Assembly: GCF_963921235.1 (NCBI RefSeq)
Contig: NC_086097.1
Span: forward strand, 160,520,001 to 160,584,000
DNA from: Mobula hypostoma
Taxonomy: Eukaryota
Length of the DNA: 64,000 bases
Direction: 5' to 3'
The notes under the pieces were generated by a model, which saw only the letters and a list, made by a program, of their open reading frames with translations, ran no database searches and was not told where the DNA came from. Each line of letters opens with the position of its first letter. Position 1 is the first letter of the stretch. Positions 45,425 through 58,692 of this stretch are shown piece by piece. The position numbers were made by a program, and so were the translations under genes.

Positions 45425-47541
45425 AACAAGAGAAGTCAAAGCCAATGTAAAAGCCAAAGAGAGGGCATACAATAGAGCAAAAATGGTGGGAAGTTAGAGG
45501 GTTGGGAAACTTTTAAAAACCAACAGAAGGCGACTAAAAAAATAGTAGTTAAGAAGGTAAAGATGGAATAGGAAAGTAAGTTAGCCAATAATATTAAAAA
45601 GGATACCAGAAAGCAAGAGTGGATATCAGACTATTGGAGAACGATGCTGGGGAGATAGTAATGGGGAACAGGGAAATAGCAGTCAAACTGAATAGGTATT
45701 TTGCATCTGTTTTCACCGTGGAAGATACTAGCAGTATGATGGAAGTTTCAGATGTCAGGAGTCATGAAGTGTGTGAAGTTACCATAACTAGAGAGATGGT
45801 TCTTAGGAAACTGAAAGGCCTGGAGGTAGATAACTTGCCTGGACCAGATTGTGTATACCCCAGAGTTCTGAAAGAGGTGGCTGGAGAGATTGTGGAGGCA
45901 TTAGTAAAGATCTTTCAAGAATCACTATAAGCTGGAATGGTTTTGGAAGACTGGAAAATCACAAATGTCACTTAGCTCTACAAGAAGGGAAAGAGGCAGA
46001 GGATAGGAACCTATTGGCCAGTTAGTCTGACCTCAGTGTTTGGGAAGATGTTGGAATCAATTATTATGGATGAGGTGTCAGTGTACTGGAGGTACATGAT
46101 AAAATGGGCTGTAGTCAACATGGTTTCTTCAAGGGAAAATCATTCCTGAAAAATCTATTGGAATTCTTTGAAGAATTAACAAGAAGGTTGGACAAAGGAG
46201 AATCGGCTGACCGTCTGCCGAAGGGTCTCAGCCTGAAACATCAAATATACTTTTTTCCATGTTGCCTGGCCTGCTAAGTTCTTCCAGCATTTTGCGTGTG
46301 TTGCTTGGATTTCCAGCATCTGCAGATTTTCTCTTACTTAGAATCGGTTGATGTTGTGTACTTGGATTTTTAGAAGGACCTTGACAAGATGCCCAACATG
46401 AGGCTGCTCAACAAGCTATGAGTCCATGGTATTACAGGAAAGATTCAAGCATGGATAAAGCAGAGGCTGATTGACAGGCAAAGAATGGGAATAACGGGAG
46501 CCTTTTCTGGTTGGCTGCCAATGACCAGTGGTGTTCCACAAGAGGTCTATGTGAGACCAATTCTTTTTACATTATATGTCGATGATTTGGCTGATGGAAT
46601 TGAAGGCTTGGTTGCAAAATTTGCAGATGATATGGTGGTAGGTGGAGGGGCAGGTAGCTTTGAAGAAGTAGAGAGGTTACAGAAGGACATAGACAGATTA
46701 GGAGAATGGGCAAAGAAGTGACAGATGGAACACAATGTTGGGAAGTGTACAGTCATTCAAGCACTTTGAGAGGAAAAAATGAAAGGGTTGACTGTTTTCT
46801 AAATGGAGAGAAAACACAAAACTCTGAGGTGCCAAGGGACTTGGGAGTCCTTCTGCAGGATTCCCTAAAAGTTAATTTGCAGGTTGAGTCTCTGGTGAGT
46901 AAGGCAAATGCGATGTTTGCACTTATTTCAAGAGGACTAGAATATAAAAGCAAGGATGTAATACTGAGACTTTATAAAGCACTGGTGAGGACTCACTTGC
47001 AGTACTGTGAGTAGTTTGGGGCACCGTAGAAAGGATGTGCTGAAACTGGAGAAAGTTCAAAGAAGTTTCACCAAATGATTCCAGGACTGAAGGGCTTGTC
47101 ATATGAAGAGCGCTTGATGGCTCTGGACCTGTATTCACTGGAATTCAGAAGAATGAGTGGTGACCTCATTGAAACCTCTCAAATGCTGAAAGGCCTTGAT
47201 AGAGGATGTAGAGAGGATGTTTCTGATTGTGGGAGAGTCTAAGACCAGAGGACACGGCCTCAGAACAGAGAGTCATCCTTTTAGAATGGAGATGAGGATT
47301 TTCTTTAGTTAGAGAGCAGTGAATCTCTGTAATTCTTTACCACAAGCAGCTGTGAATGCCATGCCTTTATGTATATTTAAGGCAGAGATTGATAAATTCT
47401 TGATTGGTCAAGACATGAAGGGATACGGGGAGCAGGCAGGAGATTGGGGCCGACAGGAAAGCTGGATCAGCCATGATGGAATGGCAGAGTGGACTCAATA
47501 GCTCAAATGGCCCAATTCTGCTCCTGTATTTTATGGTCTTA
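45425..47541 (+). mobile_element. CR1 LINE, 5'-truncated (RT through 3' UTR)
   Basis: LNRYFASVFT, PGPDCVYPRVLKEV, SGVPQ, KFADD, 3' ctgctcctgtattttatggtctta. Confidence 0.93.
46211..46339 (+). mobile_element. Penelope pLTR-only mini-insertion with a 12-bp near-TSD
   Basis: agaatcggctga / agaatcggttga flanks; starts at a decayed HHR ctgccgaagggtctcagcctgaaacatc. Confidence 0.85.
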
Positions 47542-47569
47542 TAATCAGAAGAATAAGAAAAGCCAATAT

Positions 47570-50500
47570 AATGGCCATTGTGTGTTATTCGTGCTAGATG
47601 TTGGGAGTCTTGGGAGACCCAGGGTCTCCCAGGAAACTATATCTGCATGAAGTGCATCCAGCTGCAGCTCCTTCAAGACCATCAGCTTGTATGGGAGTGT
47701 GAGGAGATCATCAGTCAGAGTTACAGGGAAGTAGTCACTCCTAAGATGCAGGAAGCGGGTAGCTGGGTGACCGTCAGGAGAAGGAAAGGGAAGGTGAATA
47801 GGCAGTTAGTGCAGAGCACTTCTGTGGCCATTCCCCTCAATAATAAGTATACTGCTTTGGATATTGTTGTGGCGGAAGACCTCCCGGGGAATGCCATGGA
47901 GACCAGGTTACTGGAACTGAGCATGGGTCTGTGGTACCAAAGAGAAAGAGGGAGAAGAGGGGAACAGTCGTGATAGGAGGCTCAATAGTTAGAGGAACAG
48001 GCAAAAGACTCTGTGGACGTGAATGGGACACCCAGATGGTATACTGCCTCCCAGATACGAGGGTCAGATATGCCTCAGATCATGTCCACAGCATTTTGGA
48101 GAGGGAGGGAGACCAACCACATGTCTTGGTACATATTGGTACCAATGACATGGGAAGGAAAAACAATGAGGTTCTGAACAGAGAATTTAAAGAGCTAGGC
48201 AGAAATCTGAGAAGCAGGACCTCCAGGGTAGTCACTTCTGGTTTGCTGCCTATGCCACTCGCCAAGTGAGGGTAGAAACAGGAAGATTTGGCAGATTAAT
48301 GTGCGGCTGAGAAGCTGGTGCAGGGGCAGGGCTTTGGGTTGTTGAATCATTGGGGCCTCTTCTGGGGGAGGTATGACCTGTACAAAAGGATTTGCACCTG
48401 AATCTGAGGGGAACAATGCTCTCACAGACAGGTTTGTTACAGCTGTCGGGGAGAGATTAAGCTAATTTGGCAGGGGGATGGGAACCGGAGTGAAAGGATT
48501 CAGAACAGGAGGGATGGTTTTGTTTTGAAAAAAGCAAAGGTAGCATGCAATCAGACTGTCAGGAAGGGCAGGCAGATGATAGGACAAAATTACATCCAGC
48601 AGGGTGAGTATCAGTGAATTAGGGATGCAGAATCATATAGGGTAGCAAAAACAATACTCAGTGTTACATCTCAATGCACAGTATATAAGGAATAAAGTGG
48701 ATGATCTTGGTGCACTTTTGCAGATTGTCAGGTTTGATGATGCCATCACTGAATTGTGGCTGAAGGATGGTTGTAGTTGGGAGCTGAAAGTTGCACATTG
48801 TACCGGAGGAATAGGAAGGTAGCCAGAGGGGGTGGCGTGGCACTACTGGCAAAGAATAGCATCAAATCAGTGGAAAGATGTGACATAGGATCAGAAGATA
48901 TTGAACCTATGTGGGTTGAGTTAAGAAACTGCAAGATGGAAGGACTCTGACGGCAGTTATATACAGGCCTCCGAACTGTAGCTGGGATGAGGACTACAGA
49001 TTACAATGGGAAAGAGAAAAGGCGTGTCTAAAGGGCAACGTTATGATGGTCATGCGAGATGTTAACATGAAGGTAGATTGAGAAAATTAGGTTGGTAATG
49101 CATCTTAAGAGAGTGAATTAGTTGAATGCCTACGAGATAGAATTTTAGAGCAGTTTGTCATTGAGCCTACTAGGGAATCAGCTAAATTGGGTGCTATGTA
49201 ATGAACTGGAGGCAATTAGGAAGCTTAAGGTAAAGCAACCCTTAGGAGACACTGATCATAACATAATTGAGTTCAACTTGAAATTTTATAGGGAGAAAGT
49301 AAAGTCTGATGTTGCAGTTTTACATTGGAATAAATGAAATTACAGTGGTATGAGAGAGGAGTTGGACAGGAGTTGGCAAAGTAAACTGGAAGGAGATGCT
49401 GGCAGGGATGACAGCAGAGCAGCAGTGGCTTGAGTTTCTGGGAAAAATGAGGAAGGTGCAGGACAGATATATTCCAAAAACAACAAAATACACAAATTGC
49501 AAAATAGTACAACCGTGACTGAAAAGGGAAGTCAAAACTAATGTAAAAGCAAAGGAGAGGGCATACAACAGAACAAAATTTGGCTTGGAATGTAGAGGAC
49601 AGGGAAGCTTTTAAAAATCTACAGAAAATAGCTAAAAGAATCATTAGGGAAAAAGATGAAATATGAAAGTAAACTATATCAAAATGGATAGAAAAAGGTT
49701 TTTCAAGTATATAAAAATAAGAGATGAGTGGATATAGGACCACTAAAAAAAGAGGCCAGAGAAATAATAACGGGGGACAAGAAGGAGGCAGATTAATACA
49801 TAGGTATTTTGCATCAGTCTTCACTGTGGATGACACTGGCAGTGTGCCTGATGCTGTAGTGTGTGAAGGAAGAGAAGTGGGTGCAGTTACTAATGCAAGG
49901 GGAGAAGGTGCTCAAAAAGCTGCAAGACCTCAAGGAACCCAAGTCACCCAGACCAGATGAACTGCATCCTAAGGTTCTGCAAAAGGTAGCAGTGGAGATT
50001 GTTGAGGTATTAATATTGATCTTTCAAGAATCATTGGACTCTGGCATGGTCCAGGCAGACTGGAAAATTGCAAATGTCCTTCCACTATTTAAGAAAGGAG
50101 GAAGGCAGCAGAAAGGAAATTATAAACGCAAATACAAGGAAATCTGCAGATGCTGGAAATTCAAGCAACACACACAAAAAATGCTGGTGAACGCAGCAGG
50201 CCAGGCAGCATCTATAGGAAGAAGTACAGTCAAAGTTTTGGGCCGAGACCCTTCCTTATAGATGCTGCCTGGTCTGCTGCATTCACCAGCATTTTTTGTG
50301 TGTTAAAAGGAAATTATAGACCAGTTAGCTTGACCTCAGTGGTTGGGAAGATGTTGGAGTCAATTATTAAGGATGAGGTTATAGAGTACTTGGTGACACA
50401 GGACAAGATAGGACAAAGTTAGCATGGTTTCCTCAAGGGAAAATCTTGCCTAATGAACCTTTTGGAATTCTTTGAGATTACAAGTAGGATAGGTAAAGTG

Positions 50501-51686
50501 GATGCAGTGGATGTTGTATATTTGGATTTTCAGAATGCCTTTGACAAGGTGCCACACAAGACTGTTTACGAAGCTAAGAGCCCACGGTATTACAGGAAGT
50601 TACTGGCATGGTTAGAGCATCGGCTGATTGGTAGGAGGCAGTGAGTGGGAATAAAAAGATCCTTTTCTGGTTGGCTGCCAGTAACTAGTGGTGTTGGGAC
50701 TGCTTCCTTTTATGCTTTATATCAATGATTTAGATAATGGAATAAATGGCTTCGTTGCCAAGTTTGCAGATGATACGAAGATTGGTGGAGGGGCAGGTAG
50801 TGTTGAGGAAACAGAAAGGCTGCCAAAGGACTTAGACTGATTAGGAGAATGGGCAATGAAATACAATGTTGGAAAATGGATGGCTATGCATTTTGGTTTT
50901 AAAAAAAAATAAATGTGTAGACTATTTTCTAAACAGGGAGAAAATCCAAAAAATCTGAGATGCAAAGGGACGTGGGAGTCCTTGTGCAGAACACCATAAA
51001 GGTTAACTTGCAGGTTGAGTCAGTGGTGAGGAAGGCAAATGCAATGTTAGACCTCATTTCAAGAGGTCTAGAATATAAGCAGGGATGTGATGCTGAGGCT
51101 TTATAAGGTATGGGTGAGGCCTGGCTTTGGGTATGGTGAATAACTTTGGGCTCCTTATCTAAGAAAAGATGTGCTGGTATTGGAGAGTACTCAGAGGAGG
51201 TTCAAAAAGGATGGTTCTGGGAATGATAGGGTTACCATATGAGGAATGTTTGATGGCTCTAGGCATGTAATCGTTGGAATTTAGAAGGGTGAGGGAAGAT
51301 CTCATTGAAACATTTTGTATGTTGAAAGGCCTAGACAAAGTAGATGTGGAAAGGACGTTTCCCATAGTAGGGGAGTCTAAGACAAGAGGGCACAGCCTCA
51401 GGATAGAGGGGCATCTATTTAAAACGGATGCAGAGAAATTACTTTAGCCAGAGAGTGCTGAATTTGTGGAATTTGTTACCACAGGCACCTGTGGAGGCCA
51501 GGTTGTTGGATGTATTTAAGGGAGAAATTGATAGCTTCTTGATTGGCCACGGCATCAAAGGCTACAGGGGGAATGCCGGGGAGTGGGACTGAGGAGGACA
51601 AAAAAAGATCAGCCGTGAATGAATGGTGCTTCAGGCTCAATGGGCCAAATGGCCTAATTCTGCTCCTATGCCTTGTGGTCTTATGC
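47570..51686 (+). mobile_element. Near full-length CR1 LINE (ORF1 zinc finger + SGNH esterase; ORF2 APE + RT), decayed
   Basis: ICMKCIQLQLL; VIGGSIVRG...LVHIGTNDMG; LNA.., ITELWL, LGDTDHN, KSPRPDELHPKVL, YLDFQNAFDKVPH, KFADDTKIGG; 3' tgctcctatgccttgtggtctta. Confidence 0.93.
50125..50305. mobile_element. Fold-back Penelope pLTR mini-insertion with a perfect 13-bp TSD
   Basis: TSD aaaggaaattata at 50112-50124 and 50306-50318; inverted arms ~50167-50216 / 50257-50304. Confidence 0.92.
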
Positions 51687-52339
51687 TTTTATAAACAATT
51701 TTAGAATGCATTCAGAAAAGGGCAATCCTGGAGATATATATACACACATCTTTGAAGTTGGCAGGAATGTGGAGAAGTCTATTATGAAGACAAATTTTAG
51801 TTTTCTACTTGGATTAAAACACTACAAAAGCAAGGAAGTTACTCTAAATCATCACAGAGCACAATGAGCCTCTGCTGGTCCATTGTGGCCATTTCTGAGA
51901 ATGGATAAATGTTAAGTTCTTTGAGACAATGTTTAGGAGAGCTCTAAAATGATACCAAAGTTCAAATGATTTATCAAAGTACGTATATCATTCATATAGC
52001 CATCAGATTCATCTTACTTCAGGCACACACAAAATAAAGAAACACAATAGAATTCATTAAACACACACACACAAGACTGCCGCTTATCCAATTTACAAAA
52101 GACAAATTGCACAAATAGCGAAAAACAGTAAACAAAGTAGCAGGGATGATGATTCAGTCAATTTAAGGAAATGGAGAAAATGTTGTTGAACCTCTTGGAA
52201 CAGGGGAGGTGAGAGGCAAACTTGAATCAATTCAGTATCTTGAGGATATTGAAAAATGAGGCAAGTTCTTTTACCAGTTGCAAGAAGTTTTGTAACCAAA
52301 TATGAAAATGTAGGATGGTCAGCAGAAGAACCAGAGGCA

Positions 52340-55300
52340 GAATGAGGGAAACTTGGCAGTGTGGTTTTGGAATTGGCTTGCCTTCGAAAAGTAGTGGGTG
52401 GTAGTAGATGGAGCAAATTCTGCCTGATGGTATGTGACCAGTGATGTTCCACAGGATTCTCTTCTGGGGCCCCTGCTCTTTGTGATTTTTATAAGTGACT
52501 TGGATGAGGAAGTGGAAGGGTGGTGTTGTGTATTTAATATTTGCGTAGTATTGTAAATATATTGTTTGAAAAGCATTCTTTGTTTATATACTTCATTGTG
52601 GGTTATATGTCAGAAGTACATGAATGGCTTACTTTACGCCACCACGTCATACACGTGTGCCTCGCTAAAAGTAAAATTAAATTAAGGCGTGCATCTCCTG
52701 GCTTTGTTTCAATGAGTTTGATAATTTGGAGTTATAAAATATAACAATGGCAACAAGCAAGTTTTAAACAAACTCGAGCTGACTAACTACCTATTGAAGT
52801 GCAGCAAGATGTTCTAATTAAAACTAAATGAGAAACGGTTGAATAAAAAACTAGTGCAGTATGTACTTCAGGAAGGGGCAGAGGCAGTCAAGTTTTTTAA
52901 AAAAAAAGTCAGAAAATAGACTAATGGGTTCATAAACAGTGTGTACCAGGTGATAATTATTATAAATTTAAAAAAAACAGTAATGGCTGGCTGCATTGGA
53001 AAGATAGATGTGTTCGACTGCACAAAAAATAACTAGGTTGTGTATTCTCAACAGATTAGAACTATTTTAAAGCAAATTAAATAGCCGATGAGAATCGAGT
53101 GTCAGTTTTGCTGAGGGCAATAGGTGGAAGATCATCCAGTTTGCTTAGAAGTTTAACTGCTCCAACCGAAACAAGCTTAGTAGATATTGTGAAAGTAATG
53201 CAGGAACCTTTAGAAACAAAACCATTGTTAATTGAAGATGTCTTTGGTTTCATTTGCGGAATCTAAAGGAAGGAGAGTCTATTTCAGTTTACGTGGCTGA
53301 ATTGAAGTAATTGTCTGACCATTGTCAGTTTAGTGTTGGGTTTAATGATGTACTGAGAAATCACCTAGGTTGTGGAATCTTAATGTTAAATAAGGTAAAA
53401 TAGCGTTAAACGAAAGTTCCACACCCAAGTTTTACAAAGCTCGTCCAGTTCCTTATACCATGCTTGATAAAGCAACCAGTGAGCTAGATTGCATGGAGGC
53501 TGAAGGAATTCTTTCCAAGGTTCAGTGGACACCAAAGACAACACCGGTAATCCCAGTAGCCAGAAGGATGGGCCTGTCAGGATCTGTGGTGATTTTAAGG
53601 TCACCATCAACCAGGTACTGAAAGTAGATCAACAGCCTCAATCCAAGATAGAGGGTAGCTTTGCAAACCTATCTGGAGAAAATCACTTCACCAAAGTGGA
53701 CTTAGCTAAAGCTTACCTACAGATGGAGTTGGAAAAAGAGTCCAAAGTGTTTCTCACAATAAATACTTACAAGGGCTTTATCTCCATAATAGGCTTATTT
53801 TTGAAGCTGCATCTGTACTCTGGCAGAAAGCTATGGACCGGATGATTGCTAGGTTGCCCAGGCACTCAATATTACCTGAATGATATCACTGTTACTGGTA
53901 AGAATGACAAGGAACATCTCCAAAACTTGAGGATAATGTTTAAAAAGATTAGAAGATTATGGGTTCAAGGCATAACACAATAAATGTGTATTCTTTAAAC
54001 CATGCATTATTTACTATGGTGCTACCACTGGTGTTCAAGTATTACGCAAATCTGCTGAGAAAACTCAGTCAGTGGTGGATGCCTAAGGGCAAATGATGTG
54101 TCACAGTTGCTGTCCTTTCTAGGATTTGTTAAATCCCTGCCAAACCTGGCTACTATGCAACACCCCTTGAAATCATTACTATAGATTGGGAAGAAATGGC
54201 AATGGACAAAGTAGTGTGAGATAGCTTTCAAAAAGGTAAAACAAATTGTGATGTCAGACACTACTCACACATTATGATCCACATCGTCCAGTGAAGTTTG
54301 CCTGTGAGGCCTCGCTTTGTAGTATTGGTGCAGTAACGTTACGTGTTACGAGTGATGTAAGTGAGCAGTCCGGAGCCTTTGCATCATGTTTCCTTATTGC
54401 TGCACAGAAAAATTACAGAACCTACAGCTGAGTCAAATTGAGGGTTCTTCAAACAAGGAGGTTTGGTGTTTCGGTCCTAGATAAACAGTCCTGGGAACTA
54501 CAGAAGTGAGCAAAAGTGTGTACTTGGAAAGTTTAAAAACAGAATTAGACCACTCTCTTACACAGTGGAGATTGTCTGATATCATCTGGAAATGACACAT
54601 CAATCAGTTGAGGAGAGCAGATTCAACTGTTAGAAAAGAAAGGTGGCCAGAACTATCAGAACCATTTCTTGCAGTCCCAGAGCCAACTACTGCAACCACG
54701 ACAATGGAGGCCCCAGAATCCGAAAACAAGTCTCCCCTGCCAAGCGGAGTAACTGACTTTGTCAAGAGAGATGTTATCCCACAAGAGTAAGAAATCCTTC
54801 ACAGCGATTAAATCTTTAGGTCTGAATGGAACAATTTAAAATTGGCTATGCTGTGGCTGTCTATATAGTAGTTGTATTATATAGTATGCATGTTGAGATG
54901 AATTCTATATTCAGTTGGAGTTCACAGCTAAGCAGGGAAGAGAGTTGACTAATATTACAGTAATATTTGAGTGATATCATAAATGTATCAATTGATTAAA
55001 CTTTCTTTAAATAATTCATTGTAGGTTATATGTAAGAAGTACATGAATGGCATACGTCTTTATGCTACCATGTCATTTCTGTTCGCCTTGCTTAAAGCAA
55101 ACTGAAACTAAGTGATGCATTAGCTGGCTCTGTTTTCCTTTCAGTTAGTTTTATGTTTTGGAGTTATAAGATATAGTATGTAGGTTAGTACACTTGCAGA
55201 TGTCATGAAGGTTGGTGATGTTGTCGATAGTATAGAAGGTTGCTGAAGGTTACAATGAACATTGACAGAAAGCAGAGCTAGGATGAGAAGTGGCAAATGG

Positions 55301-55945
55301 AGCTCAATGGAGAAGTGTGAAGTGATACACTTTGAAAGGGGTTCAACTTGAAGGCAGAGTACAAGGATGATGACAAGATTCTCGGTTGCGTGGAGGAACA
55401 GAAGGATCTTGGGATCCATATCTGTAGATCCCACAAAGTTGCTGCACAAGTTGGTAGGGTGGTTAAGAAGCTGTATGCTGTGTTGGAGGACTGAGCTCAA
55501 GAGCCACAAGGTGATGTTGCAGCTCTACAAAACTCTGGTTATACTACACCTGGATTAAGGATATTGAAGTATTAGAGAAGGTACAGAGGAGATTTACCAG
55601 GATGCAGCCTGGATTAGAGAACATCTTATGGAAAAAAAGGCTGAGAAAGTTAGGCCATAGATAGAGTGGACAGCCATCACCTTTTTCCCAGGATGGCAAT
55701 AGCTAATATGAGAGGGGGGAATGGCAGAGGTAGATATATCTACACAGTGGTAGTGGCATGAAACACACTGCCAGTGGTTGAGCAGAGGCATTTACATTTG
55801 GGACTCTTAGATAGGCATATGGTTGAAAGAAAAATGAAAGGCTATGTGGGATGGAAAGGTTGGATTGATCTTGGAGTAAGTTTAAAGGTCAGCACAATAT
55901 TGTGGGCAGAAGGATCTGTACTGTACTGTACTGCTCTATGCTCTG
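52340..55945 (+). mobile_element. CR1 LINE 3' half split by a Gypsy insertion
   Basis: VTSDVPQDSLLGPLLFVIFISDLDEEVEGW | VSTLADVMKVG; 3' UTR ctgtactgtactgtactg. Confidence 0.88.
52524..55179 (+). mobile_element. Internally deleted Gypsy element, same family as 15404-26952
   Basis: LTRs 52524-52746 and 54943-55179; near-TSD gtgg/gtag; PBS tggcaacaag; PPT aagcagggaagag; gag MAGCIGKIDVFD; RT KDGPVRICGDFKVTIN. Confidence 0.9.
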
Positions 55946-57471
55946 TTGTAAGCAGAAAAGCCTTCAATGGTCTTTTAATCAAACATGTCTGATTCTCTTC
56001 ACAACCAGATCCAAGCATTTGCCCATCCCGCCTTTGAAAACCACACAGCCCACCTCCGCCGTAATCTAATCTGTGTTCAAGTGCCACAACACTCCCAGGA
56101 CTCCCCAGTGTTGAACCCACAACTTCCCACGTACTGCCCCTCCATTGACCTTGCTCCAGTACACACCCAACTGCTAGCCAAGATTTCAATGTGGCCAGAT
56201 GTTAAAAATTGCTCATGAGGCTCTGCTGATACAGTTGGAGTACCTCCATAAAATATGCCACTTCTGCTTTCATACCTGCTAAAATTGATGTTAATCCCAC
56301 CCATCTACCATCAGGCATCCGTCAGTCTCCACACTATCATCACTCCAACCATACTGCACCCTGACCCAAGCCCCCCCCTGCAGCATCTTAGCACAACAGA
56401 CAGTTTTACTGGAACTGTCAGATGTTGGCAACAGTCATAATTAACCTCAGCTTGTCTGGAAGTATAGATTTGTAGAGAATATTATGAAAAGCAATGATGA
56501 TGGCAGTTAATCACATCCATGCTTGCAGGGAGTTCAAAAAACTAATAGTACTATTAGAACTGTTCTGATAATCTTATTGACAAGAAACACATTGGAGTGT
56601 TGTCAAATGATATCTTGACTTGCAACAGAGAGATTAGTAAACTGCTGAGAATCCACAGTTATTTTCGCAATCACATGGACATATTTGATTGTTTTATTGA
56701 TATGTAAATGTTTAATCCGTTAAAAGGAAGTTGAAGACTTCTGAATAGTACTCTTTATACATTAAACTGCAACAGAGGATTTTAAAGTAGTTTAGTGCAT
56801 TCTTCTACTGTATTTGAGTTTGATTCAATTTCCTCTGCCATTCCATCTAACAGTTTTCATACGTGACTTTTGTCAGCCCCAGTTCATGGGATTCACCGCA
56901 GTTGGGCACTAGTTATTCTGAAAGCCAGCAAAAGTAGTGTGGGAAATGAAAAAAAATCCCAACAGTAAAATAGTTATTAAAGATTTGGGAGCTGAAAGGG
57001 TTCTGCTAGTGCTCGCTTGGCACCACTGTTATGAAGTCATTGGAATGATCCAATGAGGCCACAGTGCTTGAGTAGGGGAGCAAGATCTACGGACCAAGAA
57101 CAAATTGTTTTAACAAGTAAGAAGATAAAAAAAAGAATAAAAGGAAACAAATTCCGTTAATGTTTATGTGAATCAAAATAGGCATTTTAATTATATTTAT
57201 TATAGTTGGTTTGAAACTAAAATGATGTTACTCAGTTCACAAGACATATCTTTTTATTTTAAATATTAACTCAGTTCTTTCCACAAACAGACGAGTTGTG
57301 AAATTCCATTCTCATACACTTTCCCCTTCAATCCTACAACTTCTTTTTATCAAGAGCTTCTCTCCTAGTTCTAGTTCTTGATTTATTTAAGGTAACTAAT
57401 AAGTGGTGCCTCACGGAGGGGCTTCAATTCAAGGCATGGAAAGCTGCAGACCTAATACAGGCAAATGAGAA

Positions 57472-58692
57472 CAATAGAACATAGAACAGTACAGCACAGG
57501 AACAGCCCCTTTGGCCCACGATGTTATGCTGAACCAATTAAACTAATTCCTTCGGTCCACACAATGTCCATATCCTTCCATTTTCCTCACATTCATATAG
57601 CAATCTAAACATTTTTTAAAAGTCTCTAATGTATCTGCCTCTGCCTCTACCACTACCACAGACAGCACATTCCAGGCACCCACTACTGTGTATAAAACTT
57701 GCTTCTCACATCTCCTTTGAAATTAGCCCCATATATTCCCTCTGGTATTAGACATTTCAACCCTAGGAAAAGGATGCTGTCTCTCTACTCTATCTCTGGT
57801 TCTCACAACATTATAAATTTCTATCAGATCTCTCCTCGGCCTCGACAACTCCAGAGAAAACAACCCAAATTCTTGTTATTACACATGTGGTAAACCTTTT
57901 CTGCGCCCTTTCCAAAACCTCAACATCTTTCCTATAATGTGGCAACCAGAACTATATGCAATACTCTAGATGTGGCCTAGCTAGAGTTTTATAAAGCTGA
58001 CTTTTGAACTTGGTGTCTCAACTAATAAAGGTAATCATGTCATATAGGATAGTGGAGAGGGCAGTTTGCTCGGGAGACCACGTGCAAAGTCGCCAGTTAC
58101 TGGCACCATCTTTTACTTATTTATCTTTTACTTATTCAAAGTAGTCACGGAGGACCTCATCCGTTTCCTCCGTCCAACGTGACACTATTTTTGACACCGT
58201 GACCACCCGCTTCAGTTTCTGTTTGTAAGCCGGGAGGAGGAGTACAGCTTGATGGTCCGATTTTCCAAAGTGAGGTCGTGGGATGGAATGGTAGGCATCC
58301 TTGACTGCTGTGTAGCAGTGGTCAAGTATATTCAGGCCTCTAGTGGGGCAGGAGACATATACCTTCTAAACAACCCTATCAACATGTGAAGCCACTTCCA
58401 GAGAACTGTGAACCTGACCCCAAGATCTCTCTGCTCATTAACAACTGTTAATGGTCTTGCCCGTAACAGTGTACTGTCTCCTTACATTTGACTTATCAAG
58501 GTGCTACACTTCACACGTGGCTGGGTTAAACACAATCTGCCATTTCTCTGCTCCTATCTGCAACTGATTTATATTCTGCTGTATTTGCCAGTCTTCTATG
58601 ACATCTACGACACTACCAATCTTCATATCATTTGCAAACTTGCCAACCCACCCATTTACATTTTCATCCAAGCCATTTATATACATCACAAA
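57472..58692 (-). mobile_element. CR1 LINE 3' part
   Basis: aatagaacatagaacagtacagcacagg tail; YINGLDENVNGWVGKFANDMKIG. Confidence 0.9.
58045..58360 (-). mobile_element. Rex1 endonuclease fragment plus 5'-end-like piece inserted in the CR1
   Basis: Minus strand SCPTRGLNILDHCYTAVKDAYHSIPRPHFGKSDHQAVLLLPAYKQKLKR, then an A-rich spacer and aagatggtgcc. Confidence 0.85.

Noticed and set aside
55970..56300. Possible L2 LINE remnant
   Set aside because: The resemblance is too weak to call by eye.
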